A stretch of 64,000 nt of DNA, taken from positions 7,684-71,683 of the forward strand of contig CAZNHE010000002.1 in the NCBI GenBank assembly GCA_964572735.1, given 5' to 3'. Both the position numbers and the translations under genes were made by a program. Origin of the DNA: an uncultured Chitinophagales bacterium (GTDB taxonomy: Bacteria > Bacteroidota > Rhodothermia > Balneolales > DATFMH01). Positions 26,755 to 36,685 of this stretch are shown one piece after another (position 1 is the stretch's first letter; every line of letters begins with the position of its first letter). The notes below the pieces were generated by a model. That model was given only the letters and a program-made list of their open reading frames with translations. It made no database searches and was not told the DNA's origin.

Positions 26755-27492
26755 TTAAAATTTTCCCAATGAAGTAGTGACTTTTCCGAGTATTTCGTTG
26801 ATTGACTGCATGGTACGCTGTTGCGATTCGAATAATCGCATGTTGGTTGTCATCGCAATCATTTCTTTAAGTGGATTGACGTTCGAGGTCTCATAAAAGC
26901 CCTGCGAGAGGGTGCTTTCGGTATCAGGCAGGGGGGGGCTCCCGTCTTTGGTTGTCATATACGAATTACCGAGGCGTTTCAGGTTATCGTAATCCGATAC
27001 TTTTGCCAGTTGAATCTTGTCCGCCTGCACGCCGTTGATGGATATAGTGCCGTCTTTCGCAATTTTCAGATGAGCATTTGCCGCGCCGGGAGAGCCGTCC
27101 CGCAAATCGGGAAGATAGATTGCCCCCGTTTTCCCCTGTACATAGGCATTATTCGAGTCCCGCAGGAAGCCCTCAGAATCAATGTGAAACCGTCCGTCCC
27201 GGCTGAGCACCACCCGGCCGTCATCATTAACGAGGAAGAACCCTTTGCCATTGATCGCCACATCCAGGGGATTATCGGTCTTTTGCATCTCTCCGACAGC
27301 CGGACTGGTCGTATCCTGCGCCTGAGGAATGGCTACGGTACGGCCGTCTACAGCTTTCTGAAACGCGTTAAAAAAAAGAGTTTCGGCTTTGTAGCCCGGA
27401 GTATTGATATTTGCCAGGTTGTTTGCTGTTACACCCTGAGCCTGAAAGAGGGTTTCCAGTGCCCTCATCGATTGTCTCAACTGGTCAATCAT
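26755..27492 (-). CDS. flgF: Flagellar proximal rod protein FlgF
   Basis: 245 aa. GVTANNLANINTPGYKAE. C-terminus MIAMTTNMRLFESQQRTMQSINEIL. Confidence 0.88.
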   Translation of the reverse strand: MIDQLRQSMRALETLFQAQGVTANNLANINTPGYKAETLFFNAFQKAVDGRTVAIPQAQDTTSPAVGEMQKTDNPLDVAINGKGFFLVNDDGRVVLSRDGRFHIDSEGFLRDSNNAYVQGKTGAIYLPDLRDGSPGAANAHLKIAKDGTISINGVQADKIQLAKVSDYDNLKRLGNSYMTTKDGSPPLPDTESTLSQGFYETSNVNPLKEMIAMTTNMRLFESQQRTMQSINEILGKVTTSLGKF

Positions 27493-27537
27493 AGCGAATG
27501 AGTGAAAATCATAGCATTCTCGTTTATCCCCGGAGGG

Positions 27538-27553
27538 TTCAAACCGTATGCCA
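27538..27553 (-). promoter_or_regulatory. Weak candidate sigma-54 (-24/-12) promoter upstream of flgF
   Basis: The minus strand reads TGGCAT-ACGGT-TTGAA versus the consensus TGGCAC-N5-TTGCW, with the -12 GC replaced by GA. It ends 45 nt before the flgF ATG. Confidence 0.25.
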
Positions 27554-27796
27554 CGACCTTTATCACCTTTTCGCGTGTTGCAGAGAGGCTTCCTCCTCTG
27601 TGCTTCAGGAAAGAATTGCCGGATTGAGGAAAGATATAGTTTAGCGGACGGTTGTTAATTGATGGGAGTTGTCGCCCCTGAATTGCCAGATTCGTCTCTC
27701 TCGTTCTCTGAAGGAGGCCACAGGGCATTCGGCACTTGCGTCCCAAAGCCGGGAAATCGCAGCCGGCAGAGGCCCCATTCCCTCAACAATAAGTAG

Positions 27797-28030
27797 CTAA
27801 CCTTTTGAGGCGGACGATTCCGGCTCCTTCTCTCTGACTTCAATATAGTCGGCCTCTTCAATGTCGTCAAATGACCGCGGACGTTTCCCGGAATAAAAAT
27901 TCGCCTTTGCGTTCCTCCCGGATGCCGGATTATGCATGCCGGGCTGAAACTTCTTGCCACTTGTGCCAAGCTTTTTGTAGAAGCGGACGAAAGCCCATAC
28001 CAACAGTATCAATAAAAGCAGATCAAGCAT
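27797..28030 (-). CDS. Small membrane protein (DUF4834-like)
   Basis: 77 aa. N-terminal TM helix MLDLLLLILLVWAFV, basic linker, acidic C-terminal DDIEEADYIEV. Confidence 0.5.
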   Translation of the reverse strand: MLDLLLLILLVWAFVRFYKKLGTSGKKFQPGMHNPASGRNAKANFYSGKRPRSFDDIEEADYIEVREKEPESSASKG

Positions 28031-28040
28031 AGCAGATCAG

Positions 28041-28679
28041 TTAACCGGGAATAATGTGTGTATGTGTATTACGAACAGGTGCGTAAAATATTTGCTCGTC
28101 GATGTAATCCAGATGTTTCTTATTGTTCACAAAATCAATCTCACTGGCATTTATGATCATGAGCGGAGAACGGTCGTAATGATGGAAAAACTGATTATAC
28201 ACGTCATTGAGTTCCTGCAGATAGCCCGGATCGATATTTTGTTCATACCCGCGGTCGCGCATTTCAATGTTGTAAAGCAATCGTTCCACGGTGCATTGGA
28301 TGAACACCACCAGATCCGGTTTCGGTGTCTTCGTCTGCATAATATTAAATATTTTATTGTAAAGTGCCAGTTCGTCTGCCGACAGGCTGACGCTCGCAAA
28401 AATGCGATCCTTCTCGAAAAGGTAATCTGCGATCACCAGATCGTGAAACAGCTCTTTATTCAGGATTTTCTGCTGCTGGTGGTAGCGTGACGCCAGGAAC
28501 GATAGTTGCGTCTGGAAGGCATACCGCTCCATATCGGCATAAAACCGGGGTAGGAACGGGTTTCCCTCCAATTCCTCCAGGACCAGTTTGGCGGAATGCC
28601 GTTTAGCCAATAGTTCGGCAAGAGACGTCTTGCCCGCCCCGATAACTCCTTCGATAGCGATGAAATCGAACTGGTTCAT
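28041..28679 (-). CDS. Deoxynucleoside kinase
   Basis: 212 aa. P-loop FIAIEGVIGAGKTSLAELLA. FQTQLSFLASR and DRIFA motifs of the dNK family. Confidence 0.85.
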   Translation of the reverse strand: MNQFDFIAIEGVIGAGKTSLAELLAKRHSAKLVLEELEGNPFLPRFYADMERYAFQTQLSFLASRYHQQQKILNKELFHDLVIADYLFEKDRIFASVSLSADELALYNKIFNIMQTKTPKPDLVVFIQCTVERLLYNIEMRDRGYEQNIDPGYLQELNDVYNQFFHHYDRSPLMIINASEIDFVNNKKHLDYIDEQIFYAPVRNTHTHIIPG

Positions 28680-29179
28680 GGATCACCGTCCCAGGATAAA
28701 GATGTCTTTGTAATTCTGATTTTTGGAGCGCATGTTATCATTTCTTCTATAAATTTGCCACTCAAAGGGTCATGCCAGTCCGGAGCGATGTCGGAAAGCG
28801 GCAACAGAACGAAGAGTCGTTCAGAATAAGCCGGATGAGGGATATGCAATTTCTGTTTCGCCACAGACCGGTCTCCGTAAACGATGATGTCGAGGTCGAT
28901 AACCCGATCCGACCAGCGCGGTGCGCGGGGATCTCTTCCTTGCCGGTATTCAAAGGTTTTGCATTCGTGCAACAAATCCTGCGGGCTGAGCAGGGTTTCC
29001 AGACGAACCACGGCATTCAGATAGTCGCTTTCCGAGGGGCCGACCGGCTCGGATTCATAAATGGGAGAAGCGACAACCCGGGCCGTTGACAGGGTCGCCA
29101 GAAAGCGACAGGCCCGCCGGAGATAGCCCAGCCGGTCTCCCATGTTCGATCCCAGCGCGATATAGACGGTTTGTTCCAT
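28676..29179 (-). CDS. folK: 2-amino-4-hydroxy-6-hydroxymethyldihydropteridine pyrophosphokinase (HPPK)
   Basis: MEQTVYIALGSNMGDRLGYL...RWSDRVIDLDII...LHIPHPAYSERLFVL. Start at the internal ATG 29179; the longer ORF (to 29458) would overlap dnaA. Confidence 0.88.
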   Translation of the reverse strand: MEQTVYIALGSNMGDRLGYLRRACRFLATLSTARVVASPIYESEPVGPSESDYLNAVVRLETLLSPQDLLHECKTFEYRQGRDPRAPRWSDRVIDLDIIVYGDRSVAKQKLHIPHPAYSERLFVLLPLSDIAPDWHDPLSGKFIEEMITCAPKIRITKTSLSWDGDP

Positions 29180-29193
29180 CTGCGCCGGAGGAA

Positions 29194-30660
29194 TCAAAGG
29201 CTCGTCAGTTCGATCTGATGTTCGAGATCCTGGAGAATACGTTTGTGTTTCGAACTGGTCTTTAAACGCTCCTTGATCGTAGAGACCGCATGAATCACAG
29301 TGGAATGGTCCCGTCCGCCGAAATGCAGGCCGATTGTTTTCAGACTCGATTTTGTGTATTTCTTCGACAGGTACATGGCGATCTGGCGCGCCTCCACGAT
29401 CTCCTGCTTGCGGGTTTTGTCTTTTAATTTGTTGGTATCCATCCCGAAATATTCGCACACATGGCTCTGGATGCTCTCGATAGAAATATGGGCGCGGGAA
29501 TCCTTGATCATATCCTTGAGGATGCGTTTCGAAGTCGTCAGGTCGATCTCGTCAAGTCCCTGAAGCGAAGAAGCGGCCAGCAGCTTGATGATCGCCCCTT
29601 CCAGATCGCGGATGCTGGACTTGAAGTTGTGGGCGATAAATTCGATGACGTCAGGATCCAGTTCTATACCGTTGTCGTGCGACTTGCGTTCCAGGATCGC
29701 ACACCGTGTTTCGTAATCAGGCATCTGAAGATCGGCGCTCAGACCCCAGTTGAACCGCGAAATCAATCGCTCCTCGATATCCGGAATGTCTTTCGGGGCC
29801 CGGTCGCTGCTCAGGACGATTTGCTTGCCCTCCTGGTGCAGTGTATTGTAGATATGAAAAAACTCCTCCTGTGTTTTCTCCTTGCCACTAAAAAACTGGA
29901 TGTCGTCGACGATAAGGCAGTCGATATTTCGATAGAACATAGAGAATTCACTCGCTCTGTTGTTCCTGATCGCATGGACGAACTCGTTCGTAAAGCTTTC
30001 CGAGGATATGTAAAGTACGGATTTCTCTTCCCCGTATTCTTGTTTGATCTTATTGCCGATGCTTTGTGCCAGGTGGGTTTTACCCAGGCCCACGCCGCCA
30101 TAGAGGAAAAAAGGATTGAATGAATTTTTCCCCGGGTTTTCGGCAATTGCCAGCGAAGCGTTCCGTGCCAGCCGATTGCAGTCCCCCTCAATAAACCGTT
30201 CAAAAACGTAGCTCGGATTCAGGTTGGAATTGATCCGTGTCTTCCGGATTCCCGGGATTACAAAGGGATTGTGAATTTGTTGCGGAGGGTAATACAACGC
30301 GTTCCCATGCTCCGCCGTATGATGCACCGGCTGCTGGGGCAGACGAACAGTGCGCGAATCCACGGAGGTGCTCGATTTTTCCAGTACAATCGAGTATTCC
30401 AGCTTGCCATCCGGACCGATGACTTTCGAGATCGTGGAGCAAAGCATATTATAATAGTGCTCCTCCAGCCATTCGTACCAAAACTGTGACGGAACCTGGA
30501 TCGTCAGCGTCTTGTCCTCCAGACGAAGCGGTTTTATAGGTTCAAACCAGGATTTAAATTTTTGGTAATTAATGTTGTCCCGAATGATCTCAAGACAACG
30601 TTGCCAGATCTGATGAGCACTTTCAGACTCAGAACCAATTGTAGGCGATACCTCAGTCAC
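29194..30660 (-). CDS. dnaA: Chromosomal replication initiator DnaA
   Basis: 488 aa. Walker A GGVGLGKTHL. LIVDDIQF. C-terminal HFGGRDHSTVIHA DNA-binding signature. GTG start. Confidence 0.97.
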   Translation of the reverse strand: MTEVSPTIGSESESAHQIWQRCLEIIRDNINYQKFKSWFEPIKPLRLEDKTLTIQVPSQFWYEWLEEHYYNMLCSTISKVIGPDGKLEYSIVLEKSSTSVDSRTVRLPQQPVHHTAEHGNALYYPPQQIHNPFVIPGIRKTRINSNLNPSYVFERFIEGDCNRLARNASLAIAENPGKNSFNPFFLYGGVGLGKTHLAQSIGNKIKQEYGEEKSVLYISSESFTNEFVHAIRNNRASEFSMFYRNIDCLIVDDIQFFSGKEKTQEEFFHIYNTLHQEGKQIVLSSDRAPKDIPDIEERLISRFNWGLSADLQMPDYETRCAILERKSHDNGIELDPDVIEFIAHNFKSSIRDLEGAIIKLLAASSLQGLDEIDLTTSKRILKDMIKDSRAHISIESIQSHVCEYFGMDTNKLKDKTRKQEIVEARQIAMYLSKKYTKSSLKTIGLHFGGRDHSTVIHAVSTIKERLKTSSKHKRILQDLEHQIELTSL

Positions 30661-31069
30661 GGTAACAAGCTAATCTTTACATGTTCAATATTAATTCAGG
30701 GGATTATTACACATCAATCCTCCGGGAGTTATCCACATTGTCCTCGCCCGAAATATAGGCACAGTGGGAGGAAAATGATAATTTCCCGAACCTATGTCAA
30801 ACAATTAGTGGCCGGATAGGAAGAAAGTTATCAACATTGCTGTTAACACGGTTGTGTATTGGGTGACAATGGGTTATGTAAAAAAGAAAAAGAGATGTGG
30901 AAAAAGCTTGCATCTTGTTAATCCCTCTGCAAAACAAAGCATGCGGCATCGACAAAGGCAAAAATAGTTGTGACGAAAAGTTTTACACAAATTATCCACA
31001 TCTTTATTACCGGTTTGATAATCTATCGAGTTACCCGTTTTAATCCGTTCTCAACCAACGTCTTAAGAG
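30661..31069. other. Candidate chromosomal replication origin (oriC)
   Basis: Non-coding 409 bp upstream of dnaA. Perfect TTATCCACA boxes at 30729-30737 and 30992-31000. One-mismatch boxes TTATCAACA (30828-30836) and TGTGGAAAA (30896-30904, reverse orientation). A-rich tract at 30877-30906. Confidence 0.65.
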
Positions 31070-31942
31070 TTATCCTTTGTAAAGGGCTGAAATAATACGG
31101 TTTTTCCCGTTATAATCTTTATGGAGGGTGCTCTTCCAGATGGGCGGCTGGAAAAGTTCAAGAAGTTCATCGCCGAAATCTTCGTGAATTTCGAGGAACA
31201 GGAATCCTTCTTTCTTCAGGGATTGCTCTCCCATAGCTTTGAGCGCACGGTAAACCTTCATCAGGTCGCCGGTGAACAAAGCTATCTCCGGCTCGAAATC
31301 CCGAACTTCCGGCTCGACAGACAGCCGCTCCGAGTCAGGGATGTAGGGGGGATTCGATACGATCACATCCAGTTGCTGCGTAAGGTCTTCCTGAAAGGTC
31401 GCCCTCTCGAAGAAATCGCCTTTCAGAAAATGGACTTCAGTTCCGTTCAGATCGGCGTTCTTCCGGGCCAGTTCCAGAGCCGGTTCGGAGCAGTCGAGAG
31501 CATGAATATCCCAATCGGGGCGTTCTTTTTTCAGAGAGATGGCAATGCAGCCCGATCCGGTACCCACATCCAATAGAGTGAGTGGGGGGACCGGCGGCAT
31601 TTGTTCAAGAATGAGCTCTGCCAGCCGTTCTGTCTCCGGCCGCGGGATGAGCACGTGCGGAGTAACGTGCAGCCGGACATGCATAAAATCCGTGTAGCCG
31701 ATAATATACTGGAGTGGTTCATGCCTGGCGCGGCGCCTGACGTGCTTCCGCAATACGGCGAGCTCTGCTGAGGAAAGCGGCCGGTCGTACTGGAGATAGA
31801 GATTAAGCCGCTGCGTCTGTAAAACATCTGCAAGAAGCCATTCAATACTTAGCCGCGGGGAAGGGATCTTCTTTTTCCTGAACCAGGCCGTTCCCCAGTT
31901 GATCATAGAAAGGACGGTCCACTCTTTAGGAATTTCGGGCAT
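31070..31942 (-). CDS. prmC: Release factor glutamine N5-methyltransferase PrmC/HemK
   Basis: 290 aa. LLDVGTGSGCIAISL and VSNPPYIP motifs. Confidence 0.9.
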   Translation of the reverse strand: MPEIPKEWTVLSMINWGTAWFRKKKIPSPRLSIEWLLADVLQTQRLNLYLQYDRPLSSAELAVLRKHVRRRARHEPLQYIIGYTDFMHVRLHVTPHVLIPRPETERLAELILEQMPPVPPLTLLDVGTGSGCIAISLKKERPDWDIHALDCSEPALELARKNADLNGTEVHFLKGDFFERATFQEDLTQQLDVIVSNPPYIPDSERLSVEPEVRDFEPEIALFTGDLMKVYRALKAMGEQSLKKEGFLFLEIHEDFGDELLELFQPPIWKSTLHKDYNGKNRIISALYKG

Positions 31943-31951
31943 TATGGCGGA

Positions 31952-32338
31952 TTATTCGGCCTCCTGAGCCGAAGTGCCTTTGACCTCCTGAACCGTTAAC
32001 CCGTATCGTTTGGCATAATCCGTGACGAAATCGACAACCTGATCCATCAGAGGACGTTCATTGTCCAGCGAACTGCCGCGGAAGCCCATGCGCCCCCCGG
32101 TGGGAAGGATGTTGATCTTGAGACTTTTTTCTGAAAATTCGAAAACGGCCGTCATGGCTGTACTTGAATTGAGCTGTCTTTGATATTCTTCAAAAACAAA
32201 AACCATGAGGGCATCTTCGTTCTGTGAAGGATTGTACTGGTATGAATACTTTGGCTTGATTTCCTCCAGCAATGAGGGACCAAATCGCTTCAGGGTATCG
32301 GCAGGTCCAAATACTATGAACTTTCGTGCTGACTCCAT
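31952..32338 (-). CDS. Hypothetical protein
   Basis: 128-aa ORF 9 nt upstream of prmC on the same strand. No motif recognised. Confidence 0.5.
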   Translation of the reverse strand: MESARKFIVFGPADTLKRFGPSLLEEIKPKYSYQYNPSQNEDALMVFVFEEYQRQLNSSTAMTAVFEFSEKSLKINILPTGGRMGFRGSSLDNERPLMDQVVDFVTDYAKRYGLTVQEVKGTSAQEAE

Positions 32339-32605
32339 ACGTTATATAGTTTTCGGATAAAGCCTGTGTTATACAGCAGATAAAAAACACATTGATAACC
32401 GTAATCAGGCAGTTTACAAAAATTTCACCCGGAAGATAAGGGCAAAATCGATTAAGGCAAGTGATGTTCGATATTTTCTTTACATTTTGTAGGATTTTAC
32501 GTCAGAATTATGAATTTTTCGGACCTGTGGATCGTTGATCATCCAAACATTGAGATTATTAACCGCATCCCGATTCCGGCTGAAGCTAATGAGTGATAAT
32601 TATTT

Positions 32606-33439
32606 ATGAAATATTTGATTTCCCTTTTGATTGCGGGAGTCATCCTGAGCGGAACAACAGCGGTTTTTGCTCAGATTGGGAGTCAGCCACCGGTATTGCC
32701 GCCGGGAGAACCGAAAACCCCGGTGTCTGAAAATCTGCATAGCGGATTAGCGGTTCAGATTATGCTGACCAATTTCGGCTTTTCGGTGGGAGGGCAGTAT
32801 CGGCACGTGATTAGTCCGCTCACGGAGATAACCGCCAGCCTTCGGATAGGAGCACTCAAAAATATCTCCGAACAGACCATAACCACTATTTTCGGCCAGG
32901 AAATCCCCCACAAGTTTAACCGGGCCTTTACCGTTCCGCTGATGTTCGGTGTGCGGGAACGCCTATTTCCAAAAATGATTGAGGATAATTTCCGGGTTCA
33001 TCTTTCAGCCGCCGTCGGACCTGCCATGGCGTTTGTCTACCCTTACTTCAAGGATTACAATAAGAATAAGATCCGTGATCTGGGTGAAATCTTTCAACTG
33101 CCGGATAGCACTCTCATTCAGGAGCCTTATGAACCTATCAATGATGCGTTATCCGGATGGGGAGACGGACACCTGAAATGGGGAACAGCCGGCGAGATTG
33201 CCATATCGGTTGATCTGGGGAAAATGAAGAATATAGGCACGCTTAGTTTCGGCTATTATTTCAATTATTTTCCTACCGGTATCCAGATGCTGGAGCCGCG
33301 GCAATATAAGACCAACCCACAAACCGGGCAGCGCCAGTACGATCCAAAGACTGGAGAGTTTTTGACTACCGAAGGATCGGCCATCCAGAAATATTTTGGT
33401 ACGCCGGTTATTTCCTTTACCATCGGGGGAATGTGGTAG
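32606..33439 (+). CDS. Secreted, probably outer-membrane beta-barrel protein
   Basis: 277 aa. Signal peptide MKYLISLLIAGVILSGTTAVFAQ. Alternating hydrophobic pattern with an aromatic C-terminus (FTIGGMW). Confidence 0.6.
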   Translation: MKYLISLLIAGVILSGTTAVFAQIGSQPPVLPPGEPKTPVSENLHSGLAVQIMLTNFGFSVGGQYRHVISPLTEITASLRIGALKNISEQTITTIFGQEIPHKFNRAFTVPLMFGVRERLFPKMIEDNFRVHLSAAVGPAMAFVYPYFKDYNKNKIRDLGEIFQLPDSTLIQEPYEPINDALSGWGDGHLKWGTAGEIAISVDLGKMKNIGTLSFGYYFNYFPTGIQMLEPRQYKTNPQTGQRQYDPKTGEFLTTEGSAIQKYFGTPVISFTIGGMW

Positions 33440-33461
33440 CGAAAATCGGTTTGTCGTGTTG

Positions 33462-34139
33462 TCAGGGATCGGCTAGTTCATTGAGGTGTGTCATCATGTG
33501 GTTAAGAGAAGGGAAAATCAGGTCGGGCTCGTGAGGAAGGAGCTCTGCAAGGGAATAAGAGCCGGTCGGCAGAGCGATAGCCTTCATCCCTGCGGAACGG
33601 GCGCATCGGATGTCGTGAGGGGTATCCCCGATAACCCAGCATCTGTCGCTGAGAAATGTTGTTTTGTAGATTTTTAACGCTGCCTTCAGGGCAATTTCAG
33701 GGAGATGGGCGCGATCGGCATGCAGGTTACCGTAAGCACCGAATGAAAAATAATGATCCAGTCCGGCCGTACAGAGTTTGAGCCGGGCCGATTCATCAAA
33801 ATTTCCGCTCAGGATTCCGACAGTGATCCCTCTCCTTTCACAGTACTCCAGAATTTCGCGTGACCCCGGCAGTATCTCAATATGTCCGGGTTTCAATTTT
33901 TGGCGCATGGAATCGAGATAAGCATTTTTCAGAGAGGTAAAAGACTCTTCATCCTCCGGATCGCCGGTCAGCCGGGTGAAAATGTAGTGATCCGTACGCC
34001 CCGCGAAATTGATTTGGTCAAGGCAGGAGGGATCAATACGATGGAGGCGCAAAATCTCCCGGATGATCCCTCGTGTAAAACCACGTTGAACATGCAGCAA
34101 AGTCCCGTCGATATCGAAAAGCAACAGTTGGGGAAGCAT
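33462..34139 (-). CDS. HAD-superfamily hydrolase (phosphoglycolate phosphatase-like)
   Basis: 225 aa. Motif I LLFDIDGTLL. Later GILSGN and VIGDTPHDI motifs. Confidence 0.8.
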   Translation of the reverse strand: MLPQLLLFDIDGTLLHVQRGFTRGIIREILRLHRIDPSCLDQINFAGRTDHYIFTRLTGDPEDEESFTSLKNAYLDSMRQKLKPGHIEILPGSREILEYCERRGITVGILSGNFDESARLKLCTAGLDHYFSFGAYGNLHADRAHLPEIALKAALKIYKTTFLSDRCWVIGDTPHDIRCARSAGMKAIALPTGSYSLAELLPHEPDLIFPSLNHMMTHLNELADP

Positions 34140-34219
34140 TGATTTATTTCCGGGTTTTTATTTCCAATATATTTCGGCGATAATCACCGTGTACTTTTGA
34201 ACGACCAAAGCAGAAAGTT

Positions 34220-34684
34220 ATGTATGCCGATGCCGTAAATCCGGCCGCATTTATCCAGCCGCAATATACTGAAACGGGTGCTCCGCCTATCCCGCCGGCG
34301 CCGGTGAACCCCGCGTCCGTGACGCCGCTGTTCAATCTGCCGGATCAGGGGTCCCGCCTTGATGAGAAACGTCATCCCGATCATTCAAAGTACGCGGATA
34401 CAGAAGGTGTACCCGAAGAGGAATCGGGACCGGCGGAGTTGTTTCAACTCACCACAAACGCCCGTTTCTATGACCTCCTGCGCTCGTTTCTGATAAACGG
34501 CCTCGGCCAGCTTGTGTTGTTGCGCGATCAATGGCGGCGCCAGCTTGGCATCAAGCCGTATACATTTGCTACTCAGGCCACGCGCCAGTCGCCTCTTATG
34601 CCTCCCGCCCGCGACCAGAGCTATAACAGCATACTTGCTTTTCATCAAAATCCACCGGGGCGCAGATTCACCGGCGGGATGTAA
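34220..34684 (+). CDS. Hypothetical protein (uncertain coding call)
   Basis: 154-aa ORF, Pro-rich N-terminus then a predicted helix. ORFs in other frames and on the other strand overlap it, so the call is weak. Confidence 0.3.
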   Translation: MYADAVNPAAFIQPQYTETGAPPIPPAPVNPASVTPLFNLPDQGSRLDEKRHPDHSKYADTEGVPEEESGPAELFQLTTNARFYDLLRSFLINGLGQLVLLRDQWRRQLGIKPYTFATQATRQSPLMPPARDQSYNSILAFHQNPPGRRFTGGM

Positions 34685-34805
34685 CCCGATTCTACGGTTA
34701 CCGGAGAGAGCATTCTATTCTTTTTTCACGGCAAGAAGGGCGTTTCCTGTCAAAAAATTTACCCGTACCTTGGCAGGTAACATTTTCCACGAAAAAATTA
34801 AATGA

Positions 34806-36101
<1,296 letters not shown>

Positions 36102-36296
36102 GATCCGGGGAGATCTTCCTATACGGTCGGCTTCTTCTTCATGATATAAGAATAACAATGTGTTTATTCTTCAGGGATGGGGTCCCGATAGGTGCAATTC
36201 CCACAGGAAATTGTATTTTATTCGGAGCTCAGATAAAATCCGTGCTTTCTGTTGCCGGAAGGCACGGATGTTCAATTACTACAAATATGTATTGTC

Positions 36297-36569
36297 ATGA
36301 ATATCTATGTTGGAAACCTTGCCTGGAGGGCAAATAACCAGGGATTACAGGAGCTGTTTGAACATTTTGGTGCGGTTGATAAAGCAGTGATCATCCGCGA
36401 CCGGAAGACCAAGAGGTCGCGTGGTTTCGGGTTTGTTGAGATGCAGAACGATGAAGAAGCACAGGCGGCTATCGAAAATCTGAATAATACGGTGTTTATG
36501 GAACGGACAATCATTGTGAATGAGGCGAAACCCCGCTCAAGTGAGGATGCCCAGACAAATGAAGGTTAG
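36297..36569 (+). CDS. RRM-type RNA-binding protein
   Basis: RNP2 IYVGNL and RNP1 RGFGFVEM. About 90 aa. Start at the internal ATG 36297. Confidence 0.88.
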   Translation: MNIYVGNLAWRANNQGLQELFEHFGAVDKAVIIRDRKTKRSRGFGFVEMQNDEEAQAAIENLNNTVFMERTIIVNEAKPRSSEDAQTNEG

Positions 36570-36613
36570 CCTTTTTTTTATCCTTTCGTTGCCGGCATAA
36601 CACGATAATATCG

Positions 36614-36650
36614 GGAAGGCCCAAATCTGGTTTTGGGCCTTCCTTGTTTA
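36614..36650 (+). terminator. Rho-independent terminator after the RRM gene
   Basis: 12-bp perfect stem GGAAGGCCCAAA/TTTGGGCCTTCC, 6-nt loop, followed by TTGTTTA. Confidence 0.7.
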
Positions 36651-36685
36651 CGGAGCATGTCTTCCAGGCGATATCCTTTTTTCGG

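Noticed and set aside
27955-27972. TGGCAC-containing sigma-54-like site on the minus strand (TGGCACAAGTGGCAAG)
   Set aside because: The GC of the -12 element is 2 nt too close to the GG of the -24 element. The site also lies inside the small membrane-protein CDS.
29180-29458. N-terminal 93-aa extension of the folK ORF
   Set aside because: It would overlap the 3-prime end of dnaA by 265 nt. The conserved HPPK sequence begins at the internal MEQTVYIALGSN, 15 nt after the dnaA stop.
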